A stretch of 64,000 nt of DNA, taken from positions 434,001 through 498,000 of the forward strand of contig VJWM01000106.1 of assembly GCA_010909165.1 (NCBI GenBank), written 5' to 3'. Made by a program: the position numbers and the translations under genes. Position 1 is the stretch's first letter; each line of letters opens with the position of its first letter. This DNA is from Anthoceros angustus. Taxonomy: Eukaryota > Plantae > Anthocerotophyta. The notes under the pieces were generated by a model. It was not told the DNA's origin. It saw only the letters and a program-made list of their open reading frames with translations, and did no database searches. Below, in pieces: positions 35,020-47,074 of this stretch.

Positions 35020-36655
35020 TTTTTGATAAGGTTCCTTAATATTATTTTTTCCATGAGGCCTCCTTCTTCCGCTTCTGGGAATGACACTCCTTGCCTCGTC
35101 TTCGGCATTTTATATAAGGGTATTGTTGGTGCAAAAAGGCACATGGACATGATGCGCAAGGACTTTGACCGAAATGCATGGGAGGCTCAGGTGAGGGCTA
35201 CATCTTCCGGCGTTGCGACCCCTTCCTCCTCTCGTCGGGCTGCTCCCCTGGAGCCTCCACTAGAGTCTTGGCAATGGTTGCGGGCACAGTCTGATCATCT
35301 TTTGGCTCTTTATGACACGCGTCTCCCGGGACCCCGCCTTTTTCAGCGTCTCCCCCATCGACTGCAAGACGATGTGCTCTTGGCCTACAGGCTTCCCTTG
35401 AAGCGCCTCGCGTAGAACTCCCGAGATGAAGCAGCCTAGACTTTGTTTCTTTTTCTTCCCCGGTGGTGTCTCCATCGCTCTAGAGGTGGGAATTCACGTC
35501 ACAGGGAGGTTGCCTCCCGGCTCCGCCATTTCTGAGCCGGGGACTGGCAGGCTCTTCAAGAAGAGGGGGGCTGTGCTGCTCGATCGAGATTGGAGTCGGC
35601 TAAGCTTGATCAGGTTTGTCAAGACCTCGCGAAAGCGCGTCTCAAAAGGTGCCTCCCGCTTGGTCGCACAAGCGAGTATGCTAGGGCTGCTTGAGCCCTT
35701 CGGCTGGAGCCCGTAGCTCCGGCGTCCGAGGAGACTATTGCCGTTCTTCGGGCCATTGAACTTCGGCTCCAGATGTCCCCATCCCCCCAAATATCTGGAA
35801 TTTTGTGGCTAAGGAGCCCTTCTGTCTGGACAGGGTGGTTTTTGGTCGCGCTCCAACTACCGCCCCGCGGTTCTCTTCTGGGGGTCTTTCAGGAACTGTC
35901 TATGATCACCTCCGTGACTACTTCTTTCTTGAGAATCCCTCTAGTGGTTTTTCGGAGCTCTTTATCCTGGCGATGGCTGTGGCGCGGGGGGAGGCCCCCC
36001 ATCGAATTTCACGGGTGTTGTGGGTCAACAAGCTTTTGGCTATGGAAAAGCCCACTCCGGGGGTGCGCCCTATCGTCGTGAGAGAGGCGTTTCTACGTCT
36101 GATTAGCCGCAGCATAGCCCTCCAGCATAGGGAGCAATTCCGGGCTCATCTTACCCTCCATCAATTTGGCTCGCCACCCTTGGGGGCTGCGAGACGGTGA
36201 GTTTTGGAGTCGAGGCAGTTCTCCAGCTAAATCTAGATTGGGTTGCCCTTTAGGTCGATGTTGAGAACGCTTTCAACACCGTTTCCAGGGGGGCCATCTT
36301 CCAAGAGCTTAAAGACGCGGGCGGGCAACTGGCAAGTCTTATTCCTGTTGTTCGCTCTTTCTATGATTCCCCGTCTAACCTATATTATCAGCACGGCCCC
36401 TCGGTGGAGAGGGTCTCCGTGCTTGACTTCGTAATGGGAACCAGGCAGGGGGATCCCTTGGGGGAGCTCTCTTTACTATGGTGCATTTCAGGGCCCTGTT
36501 AATAACTTCCTCCTCGGTGTGGGAGTGCCCCTTTCCATCGGTGGCCAACGACACCCACATCCTTGGGCCAATGGACAAAGTCAAAGATGCTTTCGACCTC
36601 TTCTCCTTGGAGCTCTCCCTCCTTGGCCTGAAGGTCAAGATCTTGAAGTGCAAGT
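35020..36655 (+). mobile_element. CRE-like non-LTR retrotransposon, 5' part with RT domain (frameshifted pseudogene)
   Basis: KLLAMEKPTPGVRPIVVREAFLRLISR, HQFG, VDVENAFNTVSRGAIF, GTRQGDPLG, a degenerate YADD-like (V)ANDTHILGP, and LGLKVKILKCKW. The element breaks off at this point. Confidence 0.85.
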
Positions 36656-39600
36656 GGTATGGTGCTGCTAGCCACTGGGCACAAGAGTGCCGCAAGAAAA
36701 AAGCTCGAGAGCCACAACGATCACAATCCACAAGACCGTCAGCCAACATAGTTGTTAAGAAAAAAGGAGAAAACTCTAAGGCAACAGTGAAGATTCTCAC
36801 AGTGTGTATGACAAGTCCTTTACACGGCAATGAAGACTGGTTTCTAGATTCAGGAGCCACTACTCACATATGCAACAATAAGAATTTGTTTTCTAGCCTA
36901 ACCTTACGTCGGATGAAGGACAAGGTTCTGCTAGGTGACAAAAGGAGTGACACAAGCCTTAAAGTTGAGGGACATGGTCAATGTACCTTCACTCTCGACG
37001 ACAACACAACTCTGAAGAGTGAGCCGCGACGCTGAAGGAGGACGGCGCTACTGGCGGCGACGCGGTTTGTTGAGGAGGTAGGAACCCTGGGAGACTAACC
37101 CCGCTAGGAATTTCGAGGCGAGACATCACCGATTCGAGGCGCCGAGGGTAGTGAGGTTGCTGCAAGAGCATGGCGCCCAAGGCCGCAGCAGAAATTGTGA
37201 CCGCCCAGTGGCCGAATATGGACCATTGGAAGGTCCGAGCTGGGGAATTGGTGAAGGAGCTGGGGCTTGGCTTCATGGAGAAGCGATGGAATTATGTGAG
37301 CCTGGGACTGGTGTAGGAGTGTGCTCGCCAGCTGAAGAACAAGCAACCGGGCGAAGGAATTAGAGCGAAGCCTCAGGATTGGGACATCGAATTGGTCAGG
37401 AAAGTGTATGGGCGCAGCAAGGAGGAAGCGGGTGGATTGGTTATTGAACCCTCTCGAAAGAGGAGCACAACAGCGGCAGCAGCGGCTCTGGTCAAGTCGG
37501 GCATAATTCGGGAACCCAATGGCTGGTTGACCCGAGAATTGGTATCCGCACAGCTGATGGGATTGGCCAGATGGCTTCTTTGCTTCCTACAGCACAAGAA
37601 GCAGGATTATTTGTCTGACCATTTGTTGTTTTTTCTCCATGAAGTTGTCAAGGGTACAAGGATTGATTGGGGCCGGATTCTTTTTGACAAGCTGTGTGAG
37701 GAGAGGTTGAATCTGACCTCCTCTTCCCCTCGTCCCTCTCTAACTTCGCCATTCCTGGTTCACCTGTATGCACACTCTAACTGTCTGCCTGAGGTAGAAA
37801 TGGTGGCCTCTCTCCACATGTGGAAGCCAGTTGGGGAGGTGAAGTGGAAGGCGGAAGAGCCCAAGGAGGAGACAGAGGAAGGATCTGATAGTTGGGAGTC
37901 CGTGGCGACGGGCAGTTCAGAAGAGAAAAAGAGGTTGCCACAAGCAAGAAGAGAAAGGCTGGGGGAGCCAGGCGAGGTTCAACGAAGAGAGGAAGGGTGG
38001 ACGCGCGCGTCACCAGGTTTCGTCACCAGGTCGAAGGCGGGCGTCGCGCCTTGCTAAACAGAAGGAACTCCCATTCCCCAAGACTGCACTTAGAGCCAAA
38101 ACCGTCCTTGAACTTGTGCATGCCGATATCTTAGGAAAAATCCACAAGCCGTCATTAGGTGGAGCTGTGTACTACCTAACCCTGATAGACGACTTTAGTC
38201 GGTACTCCTGGACTTTCCCCATGCACCTGAAGAGCGACACTCTTATGCACTTTAAGGAATGGCTTCCAATTGCACAATGACAATTTGGATGCCTGCTTAA
38301 AGTCCTACGCAGTGACAATGGGACAGAGTTCGTCAACAATGCCTTTGATAATTACTTACAAGAACAAGGCATCCAACGACAGCTTACTGTCCCTTACACC
38401 CAGCAACAGAACGGAGTTGCTGAGCGAAAAAATCAAACGCTACTCGGAATGACAAGGAGTATGCTACTCTGGGCTACCTTACCTCAAGAGAGACATTTGT
38501 TGTTACACCCAGCAACAGAACGGAGTTGCTGAGCGAAAAAATCAAACGCTACTCGGAATGACAAGGAGTATGCTACTCTGGGCTACCTTACCTCAAGAGT
38601 ATTGGGCGGAGGCTGTTGTTACAGCCACGTATATACTTAACAGGATACTTGCCAACTCCGTCGCTGGGCAGACACCCTATGAGGCATTTTGGCATCGAAA
38701 ACCCAGTTTGCTCCACCTTCTGAGCAGGTGGATCCAAGGCCTTTGCCTACACCCCTACAGAGAAACGTAAGAAGCTAGAAAATCGATCTCAAGTCTCATT
38801 TTTGTAGGGTACGGTGAAATGTGAAAGCATACAAACTCTATGACCCAGACACTCAGATAGTGGTTCTTGCCCGTACTATCGCCTTCCTAGAGTCCTTACA
38901 CACGTCCACTTCAACACCCACAGCCTCTAACCTTTCAGAGGGAGAAGCCGGAGACGAGAACCTCGACATTGCCATCTTCCCTGCAGATGATATGGCAGAA
39001 CCTAACGGACTTGATGAACTAGCACCACCTGAAGAACTCAACCCTCCGGATCACCTTGTTGAACCTCCTCCTGCCGCAGCTCCTCACCCTATAGTAGATT
39101 AGGATGAACATAGAGGTGATCTCACCACAGGTGATGGGGCACAATCAGACATTGAGGAGGATGCAACATTGGACCCCCTTCAGGTCCCTGAACCTGGTCC
39201 TAACCCTGAACCTACCCTACGGCACTCTTCACGCTATATGCCACTACCAGACCAGTGGTCAGAACCTCATTATCAATCGGTTGATTACCGGACCTCCACA
39301 ATAGTCTTCAGTGCTACACAGAATATCCTTCCTGCTGACAAACCCCAGTCATATAAGGAAGCACTTGCTGGCCCCGATTGCTCCAAGTGGCAGGCAGCAG
39401 TGGAGAATGAATATCAATCCTTGCTTAAGAACAAGACTTGGAAACTAGCTGACCTCCCACCTGGACGCAAAGCTATCTCGAGTAAACTCAAACTCAAACT
39501 CAATGCAAAAGGAGAAATTGCCCGATACAAAGCTAGACTAGTGGCAAGAGGGTTTACCCAAGTTGAAGGCTTAGATTACCAGAAAACCTTCTCACCAGTT

Positions 39601-41805
39601 GTTCGAGCACAATCCATCCGCGTATTGCTAGCCCTCGCGGCTAAGTTGAATCTTGATCTACAGCAAATGGATGTGTGCACGGCCTTTCTCTATGGGGATC
39701 TGGATGAAGACCTATATATGGCACAACCAGAAGGATATCAAGATCCCAAACACCTTACCAAAGTGCTAAAACTTCTCAAGTGCATATATAGACTAAAACA
39801 AAGTGGCAGGGTATGGTATATTACCATGCATGTCTACTTGATTAGCTTGTCTTTTGTCCAAAGCACGGCAGACTCAAACGTCTACAGGCTCAGCAGAGGA
39901 AGCTATTTCGTCATAATAGCCCTATATGTCGATGATGTCATCCTCGCCACAAACAGCAAAACTCTGTTAGTTGAGGTCAAGCAGAAGTTAAGTACCAAGT
40001 TTGATAAGAAAGATATCAGGGAACATAAATCCTAAGAGTACGAGAAGAAGGGCTGCTGATAATTCACCAGCACAAATACATCAACGATATTCTACGAAAG
40101 TTCAAGCTTGATGAAGCAAGGCCTTCTACTACCCCCTATGCCACATGTATCAAACTTACCAGTCTTCAATGCCCACAGCCTGATGAAAAAATTAGGGATA
40201 TGAAGGATGTCCCCTACAGGCATGCAGTAGGCAGTCTGATTTTTGTGGCGAACTGGACAAGGCCAGACATCCAGTATTTAGTGAGCACAGTGTCTTAGTT
40301 CTTGGAAAATCCAGGTAGAGCACACTGGGCTGCAGTCAAGCGGATCTTCCGCTACCTCAAAGGAACCCACAATTATGGACTCTTCTATAGAAGAACTGGA
40401 CAGCAGAGGCTCACCTTGGCCGGATTCACAGATGCCGACTAGGCATCGGACAATGATTCCATAAAGAGCCTCTCTACTTATTGTTTCTTACTAGCCTCGG
40501 CTGCTGTAAACTGGTCGTGCAAGAAGCAATACTCCATAGCCCTATCATCCACAGAAGCAGAATATAAGTCGCTCACGGATGCTTCAAAAGAGGCTGAATG
40601 GGAAAGGACCTTCTTACGCGACCTTGACCAGACTCAGCAGTCACCTACCCCTGTTATGTGTGACAATATGTCAGCTTTGGCCCTTGTCGCTAACCCTCGT
40701 TTTCACGCCCGCACTAAACACATAGAAATTCAATACTACTATATTAGAGATGTGGTGGAGCGTGGAGTTGTGAAGGTGGGCTATGTGCACACGGACGATA
40801 ACCTTGCAGATGTGCTGACAAAAGGCCTGGCAAAGCATAAACACTACAAACGTCTCTCAGGATTAGGTCTAGATGACTACAAGAAGTATTTCAGGTGACT
40901 TATCTGGTGTGGTGTGGGTGGGGTGGGGTGGGGTGGGAACCCGAAGGTTCCGTAGGGAATTTTTTTGTCCTCAGTCACTTTTGAGGGCACAAAGGAGCTG
41001 CAGACGCCAATCACGATATTTCAGGCATATCAATCCGGTTAGTGGAACAACAGAGGGAGATGAACTGCTTTGTAAGGAGGATGAAGCTTACCTTAGGACC
41101 TAATCTCCTGGCAACACAACATACTCCTCACACTGCAGGCTTCACTTCCTGCTCCTCGTCATCCGGCAGTGGTGCCCTGCCAGTAGCCAACAGGAGCTCC
41201 AATTCCGCGATTCTTTCCATGGCTGCTTTTAGCTTGGTAGCTAGGATGGGGGCCGCGTACTTGGAGTAGCGCATCCTCGTCAGAACCTCCTGCTCCTCTA
41301 CCTTCTCCGCCCTCCTGACCCCCAGCAAAGGGCCGTGGTTGGCTGTGGCGAAGCTGTTGACACTCGCCACGAGCTGCTCTAGTGTGGGACATGGCGTCCC
41401 TGGTGGTGACTGAGAGCCGGCAGTTGTCTCCTTCTCCAAAAACCTCTTTCCCCTTCTTCCCTTCTGATACACTTCAGGGCATTCGTAGCTAGTAGCTCTT
41501 CGAGTCCTCATGTTTTTTGATCCTCCATGAGAGATAGCGATCAAGGATGAAGACACAAAAGAGGCTGAGTGCGGTGATGGAGAGGAGAATGGTCTCGAGG
41601 ATTTTTCATGGCGGCGGAAGCTTATGTTGGAGTCGAGCGTACTAGCGTACTGACAGGGTGAAGTGGGGCGTAACGGCTTCAGAACAGTATGAACGCGATT
41701 AACCTAACCGAGCTTACCTTTAGAGGGAGTGTTAGATATTGAAGGGTACCGCTATTAGGGTTACTTAAGTGAAGCATTATTAGGGTTACATATAAAATTA
41801 GAACA
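36656..41805 (+). mobile_element. Decayed Ty1/Copia LTR retrotransposon lacking 5' LTR and most of gag
   Basis: Gag knuckle remnant GAASHWAQECRKK; protease WFLDSGATTHIC; integrase LELVHADILG, PQQNGVAERKN and WAEAVVTATYILNR; RT RYKARLVARGFTQVEGLDY, QMDVCTAFLYG and ALYVDDV; RNase H RTKHIEIQYYYIRD. A polypurine tract agagggag is followed by TGTTAG...AACA (41730-41805). Stops and frameshifts are present. Confidence 0.92.
37020..38057 (+). mobile_element. Foreign GC-rich segment replacing part of the Copia pol; ORF resembles a retroelement accessory (plant-mobile-domain-like) protein
   Basis: ORF 37392-38057 ...GTRIDWGRILFDKL...SPFLVHLYAH... is not Copia pol. Copia coding stops at TLKS (37020) and resumes at LAKQKELPF (~38050). 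Confidence 0.5.
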
Positions 41806-41839
41806 CATGTACAGTTTTGCCAATTCTAATTATTTTTTT

Positions 41840-43015
41840 TCTCACGAGTCTACTCCTCGCTCCTCGCGAACAAACATCCAAGATAGCAGCATTTTGGAGA
41901 ATTTCATCGCAGGAGTTGAGGAGGGGTGCTTCCCCCTCCAAGTGTCCCTAAGGTTGGCTGGGGACTTCTTACCCCCTCTAGCCGGGGAGGGCATGCCTTC
42001 TTTTTCTTCGTTTCTCGCAGACGGGCTTCGGGGGTTGCAGGCTTCTCTCCAAGAGAAGCATTATGGGCAGGTGCTGCAGGGTCTTCTTCTGGAATCATAT
42101 ATTCCTCGTCCCACTAGAGCTCGCCTTTTCTTTTCCTCATGGAAGGTGCAGTTTCCTAGTTCATGGCCCGACCTTGCATCCAGGCGTTCCGAATCGCACC
42201 AGCTTCTTTTTCTACCGCGATGAGGTTTCGCCTGGCTCTGGTCCAACCACTAGCCTATTCTCTTCCGGTCTGTTGTTGTGGGGCCTCCATCGACGATCAT
42301 GGGACCCACTTAGAGTGTTTTGTCCAATGGGTGGACAACGGATTGCTACACACGACGCCGTCCGAGATGTCATGTTCTCGATGGCCAAGGAGAGTGGTTT
42401 CTTCCCTTTCAAGGAGCGGCAATATACTCTGCTCAATGGCGTCTTTATCAAAGCTAACCTTTTCTTGACGAGAGGGGGATGAGGTCTCAGCTGCGGATGT
42501 GGTTGTCACTGACCTATCTAGAGACTTTGTTAGTGACCATGTCATCATCAACCCTCCAGGTTGGGCAGCGGAAGGGAGCACAACTAAGAAAATTTATAAG
42601 AACAGGCCCATGCAGCAAGGTCATATTTTCATCCCCTTGCTATTGAAACCCATGGGGCCTTGGGTAAGGTTTTTTCTCGTTTTATCAAGGAGTGCGCAAG
42701 GGCCTACCACAACAATAGGGGCGGGGTTGGCTTCCCCCTTTCTAGTGTCGTGGCATATTTCAGGCAACGGGTTTCCATCGCCCTGCAAAGGGAATTGGTT
42801 AGCCCCATCTTTAGGACGATCACGAGTGCTGGAGATGTCGGCGGCACCAGTGGTAAGTAGGCCCTTCCCTATCTCGGACGGCGACATCTTAGGGGCGGTT
42901 GGGGGTTATAGGATAGATTAACGCGGGGGCACACCCCCCTAGCCTGGTGTCCCGTTGTGGGTTGTCCCCTTTCGCCTCGGGGTAGATGAGAAATCCCATC
43001 TCATTCTTTTTATAA
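41840..43015 (+). mobile_element. CRE-like non-LTR retrotransposon, 3' part (RLE domain and 3' UTR), probably the continuation of 35020-36655
   Basis: AMRFRLALVQP..CCCGASIDDHGTHL, RIATHDAVRDVMF, ADVVVTD, GHIFIPL and YFRQRVSIALQR are homologous to the copy at 32885-33885, including the 3' UTR ggttgtcccct..tagatg..cccat. Confidence 0.85.
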
Positions 43016-44896
43016 AGTCTCCACATTCCCTAGTAGATGAACCCATATCCTTTTCCATTTAAGGATTGCTCCATATAGTAGATGAACTCATATTCTTTTT
43101 CATTAAAGGATTGCTCCATATACGTTTCAATGAACAAGTTGTCGTGGATGAGCTACATGCGGGGCTTTGTCAATATTTTTGTTAAGTATTTCTAGCAATA
43201 TGAGACATTTATACTGCAATGTCTTATTTCTTAGCATTGTCTCAAACAAAGGCAGATAATAGCAAACCCATACAATACACAAAAATTCTCAATCTAATTA
43301 GTGCCCTTATCCTATTCAGGTTTCATGCAATAATTGCTTCCTTTTCCACATTGCCCCAAGTCTGTGCTTTATTTCCTCATGCTGCAATTCCTCACTTTCT
43401 CATATCTTCCTCACATCTTCTTTTTCTCTACCTATTCGTTACACTTGTCTTCGCCTTCTCCATTTATTACCTATATTCAAAGAGTTATATATATATATGT
43501 AGTAGGGTCAAAGTGGTTGACTATTTGGGCTTATACTCCACAGACTTACCTCAATTTTACTGAAAAACTTACCTAAGTCTTGGTCTTATGAATTCTAATA
43601 ATAATGATCTTTTCGCTCACATAAAAGAATTTGTTTCTCGTGCATATGTTTGTTGAATGTTTAACTCTGTCTAGATCATTATCCTTTTCTTTCTCTCTTG
43701 CATTGAATACATTCATCAAGTTTGGAATTCATGTATGCATCCCTTTAGTTTTCATTGTCGACTCAATTATGAATTTCATCCATCCAAAAATAGATTTTAT
43801 CCAAAAAAGTATCTTTAAAAATCTGAAGTAATGGAAAGGGCGGAAGAGATCGAAGAGTGCATAATCTAAACATTGGTCTAAAAAAAATATAACTGGATGA
43901 AGCTGCTTAATAAAATATCAATATAATATATATTTAGTACATCAGAGATCGAGGAGTGCATAATCTAAACTTTGGTCTAAACAAAATATAACTGGATGAA
44001 GCTGCTTAATAAAGTATCAATATAATATATATCTAGTATATAAATCGGATATGCATAGCTATAACTAAGTAACCATAATTAAGCTAACATAAGTATTTGA
44101 TACATGCTAATATTTTTTACCCAATCTGCACTTTAGTAAAGACAAGTAAACTTGAACTCAAACTATGTATGTACTTCATGCATATTAATGCTTGTTGAGT
44201 GAAGCTACATTCCATAAAGGCATCAAGTGTCTGATGAGTATAAAATCTAAGCATGTATGCTTTCATAAGCTTCCCTAATTTTCTTCACTTATAGTAAATC
44301 ATGTATGTATCCTATTGATTTCAACCTTTTACACTTGTCTGGTCTCACTTTTTGTACAATTCATAGATAAATGCACTACTACACTTTCTGAATTTATCTT
44401 TGAATTGAAAAAATATTAATTATGAAATTACATTATATAGATAAGATATAAGTAAATTAATTGATTATATTTTTTACTAAATTACCTTGAGCATCTTGGT
44501 TGATCTCACTACAATTGTTTTGACTTGCTGAATCATAATTTTTTTAATCATGTGCGACTTATACAGAACTTATCCAAATTTTGTTTAATGAACTCAATTA
44601 TTGAGTCAAATTTTCTTGAAAGGCCCAATTACAGGGTAAGAATAATTGATGGGCAAGAATTCTTATCTTGAATATCATAAGAAGTCCTAATTCACCATAG
44701 AAGAAAAGTAGATGAAGGAAAAAAATTGTAAATGTGACTATTCAATGACCAAGAAGGTATTTATATGATTTATTGAGTCAAAGAGTGTGTTCATATGGTT
44801 TAGTGAGTAAAGAGTGTAAGAGATTTACACCTACTTTTATGTTGATTATATTTGAGAAAGATCCCAGTGCGCATCACTTGCACATGGTGGATTTTG

Positions 44897-46564
44897 TCAT
44901 ATATGATGAAAATCGCCAAGATCTGGATGTGCCCACTCATAATCTGGATTTAATACCATAAAATTTCTAGTATCTGCATGTGTCCACTCACTGCAATTCA
45001 AGTCCATTTGCACATCTGGAATATCTATATTTAATGGTGGACCAATTGGCACATTTTGTTGTGTCCCTTCAATTTGTGTATCCCTATAAGTGGTTTCTAG
45101 ATTATTCTCTGGAGGATTTTGCAGTTGATAGTCCATTAAATCCATCTGGTAGTCTGATATGTCTAAGTCACTTGTTTGGCGTTGTGGTTGAAAATTTTGT
45201 GTTTGATTACCATTATAAAATTCTGCTTGATAAGTAGTGTTGTCACCACTATTTGGTGGGAGGTTTGGACTATTTGGTGGGAAGTGTGAACCATTTGGTG
45301 GGGCGTCTGGAGTATTTGGTGAGAGATTTGAACTATTTGGTGGGGGGATCGGACTTTTTGGTGTGGGGTTTTGACTATATGGTTTGGGGTTCATATTATT
45401 TGGACTATTTAGTGGGGAGTTTGGACTATTTTCAAGTGGGAGGCTTGGACTATTTGCATAATTTTGTGGGTGCCGACGCCTCATCCTCAATGGGATACCT
45501 TGTTCATTGCAATAAGTCCTGAAAAAGCGAACTTTGCCTCTTGAATACGATATTGATGCTATATTCCAGAATTTATCTAAGAAGAATTCCTTATAGTATA
45601 GAAAATTATTATTTTTATCCAGAAAGAGGGACGGTGCACCATATTGGTCACATACAACTCCCGACCTTACTTCAAAGTTAGTATCACAATAGATATTATA
45701 TTGTATTAGCTCCAATTCTTGGTCTGAGTAAAATTGGAGATAACATGGAGACCTTAAATATTCAAGAAAATTGAACACTACCGGACCATTAGAGTCACAA
45801 ATAATGTGATTTACTCTTTCTTTGCCATCTAAATCATACCACACAAAAGGATACATTTGATGCCCTCGTTCATCTTGTTTAATAAAATTATAGTCCCATA
45901 GGTGTTGTATGGCTTCTTGATGTTCGTCTTTCTCAAATTCAAGATTGGGATCATATTGAGAAATGTACAGCTTAAGAATATGTATCTCATTCTCAAAGTT
46001 CTTTTTCATGATCAAATATTTATCGCAAGCATCATATAATAATGCAATTGCACCTGTACAACCATACACACGATCAAACTTTCGTGCCCTTGAGTCATAT
46101 ATCATGGACTCCACTAGAGCCTCTTTATGCTTTCTAGGAAGCTTTTTTAACCCTTTTGTCATATTATTAAACCCATACCACGCATGAAGATAAGAAAAGG
46201 TTTTGGCATGCTCAGGTTCTGGATAAAACCATTGTGCCCACTGACAAGTTAGACCCGGACAAGTCACTCGTATAGCCCTGCAAGCTGAACAAGAGAACCC
46301 TTTTTTTTGAGTCCAATCTAGTATTGGTTTTCCATTCACATCCATCTGGTAAATATTATTTTTCTTATCCGTTATCTTTTTCCCTGGTTGTAATTTTCTT
46401 GGTATCTTGTACCACGCCCATAGTTTTCCCCGAATTCGCCCAGATTTGAATTTTTTCTGCGGTGTTGCTGAGTCTTGTCCTCCTTGTCCATCGTCTTCTT
46501 CTTTTTCTGTGTCTTGTGCTTGTGGGTTTTGAGATGATGTCACATTTCTTGACGTTGATGCCAT
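44897..46564 (-). CDS. Intronless divergent LOB-domain (LBD/AS2-like) protein in an AT-rich island
   Basis: C-block CSACRAIRVTCPGLTC (CX2CX6CX4C), GAS-like block ..LHAWYG..MIYDSRARKFDRVYGCTGAI, then a coiled coil, an unknown domain and SP/N-rich heptads. The ORF is intact at 555 aa. Confidence 0.85.
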   Translation of the reverse strand: MASTSRNVTSSQNPQAQDTEKEEDDGQGGQDSATPQKKFKSGRIRGKLWAWYKIPRKLQPGKKITDKKNNIYQMDVNGKPILDWTQKKGFSCSACRAIRVTCPGLTCQWAQWFYPEPEHAKTFSYLHAWYGFNNMTKGLKKLPRKHKEALVESMIYDSRARKFDRVYGCTGAIALLYDACDKYLIMKKNFENEIHILKLYISQYDPNLEFEKDEHQEAIQHLWDYNFIKQDERGHQMYPFVWYDLDGKERVNHIICDSNGPVVFNFLEYLRSPCYLQFYSDQELELIQYNIYCDTNFEVRSGVVCDQYGAPSLFLDKNNNFLYYKEFFLDKFWNIASISYSRGKVRFFRTYCNEQGIPLRMRRRHPQNYANSPSLPLENSPNSPLNSPNNMNPKPYSQNPTPKSPIPPPNSSNLSPNTPDAPPNGSHFPPNSPNLPPNSGDNTTYQAEFYNGNQTQNFQPQRQTSDLDISDYQMDLMDYQLQNPPENNLETTYRDTQIEGTQQNVPIGPPLNIDIPDVQMDLNCSEWTHADTRNFMVLNPDYEWAHPDLGDFHHI

Positions 46565-47074
46565 TATATGTCCACTCTGTCACTTTTTTTGACTTTGATG
46601 CGATTATATGTGGAACCTACACAACTTCTTATTGATATGTTTGAATGTGATTCATATACTCCTCTGGTGTTTTCATACTAAATACGTGAATGGATTGCAC
46701 GCATGGAAAAGGATGTCTACATATAAACATTCCTTATTTTTCTCAATAGGATATAGATATATGTAATACCTGATCAAATATTTATACGTTATATATATAA
46801 CAAATACCTAGTAGGCATAATAAATGGTTATTGTATATAGGTACCTAGGTAGGTACTTGAAAAAGTGAGCAATACCTAAAAATATAACCGATTTCCCTAT
46901 GACAACATAGTACATAATTTCAGTGTATGGTACTGAATTTATGTCCGAATGTGGGTCCGAGGGAGTGGTGGTTTACAACGATACGGATGGCGTGGGAAAG
47001 GGAGCTGAGTTTCTTGTAGCCGCTTCGCTCGAGCAAACAAAAATCGCTTGTGTGTTCTAGGCGAGTTGCAAGCA

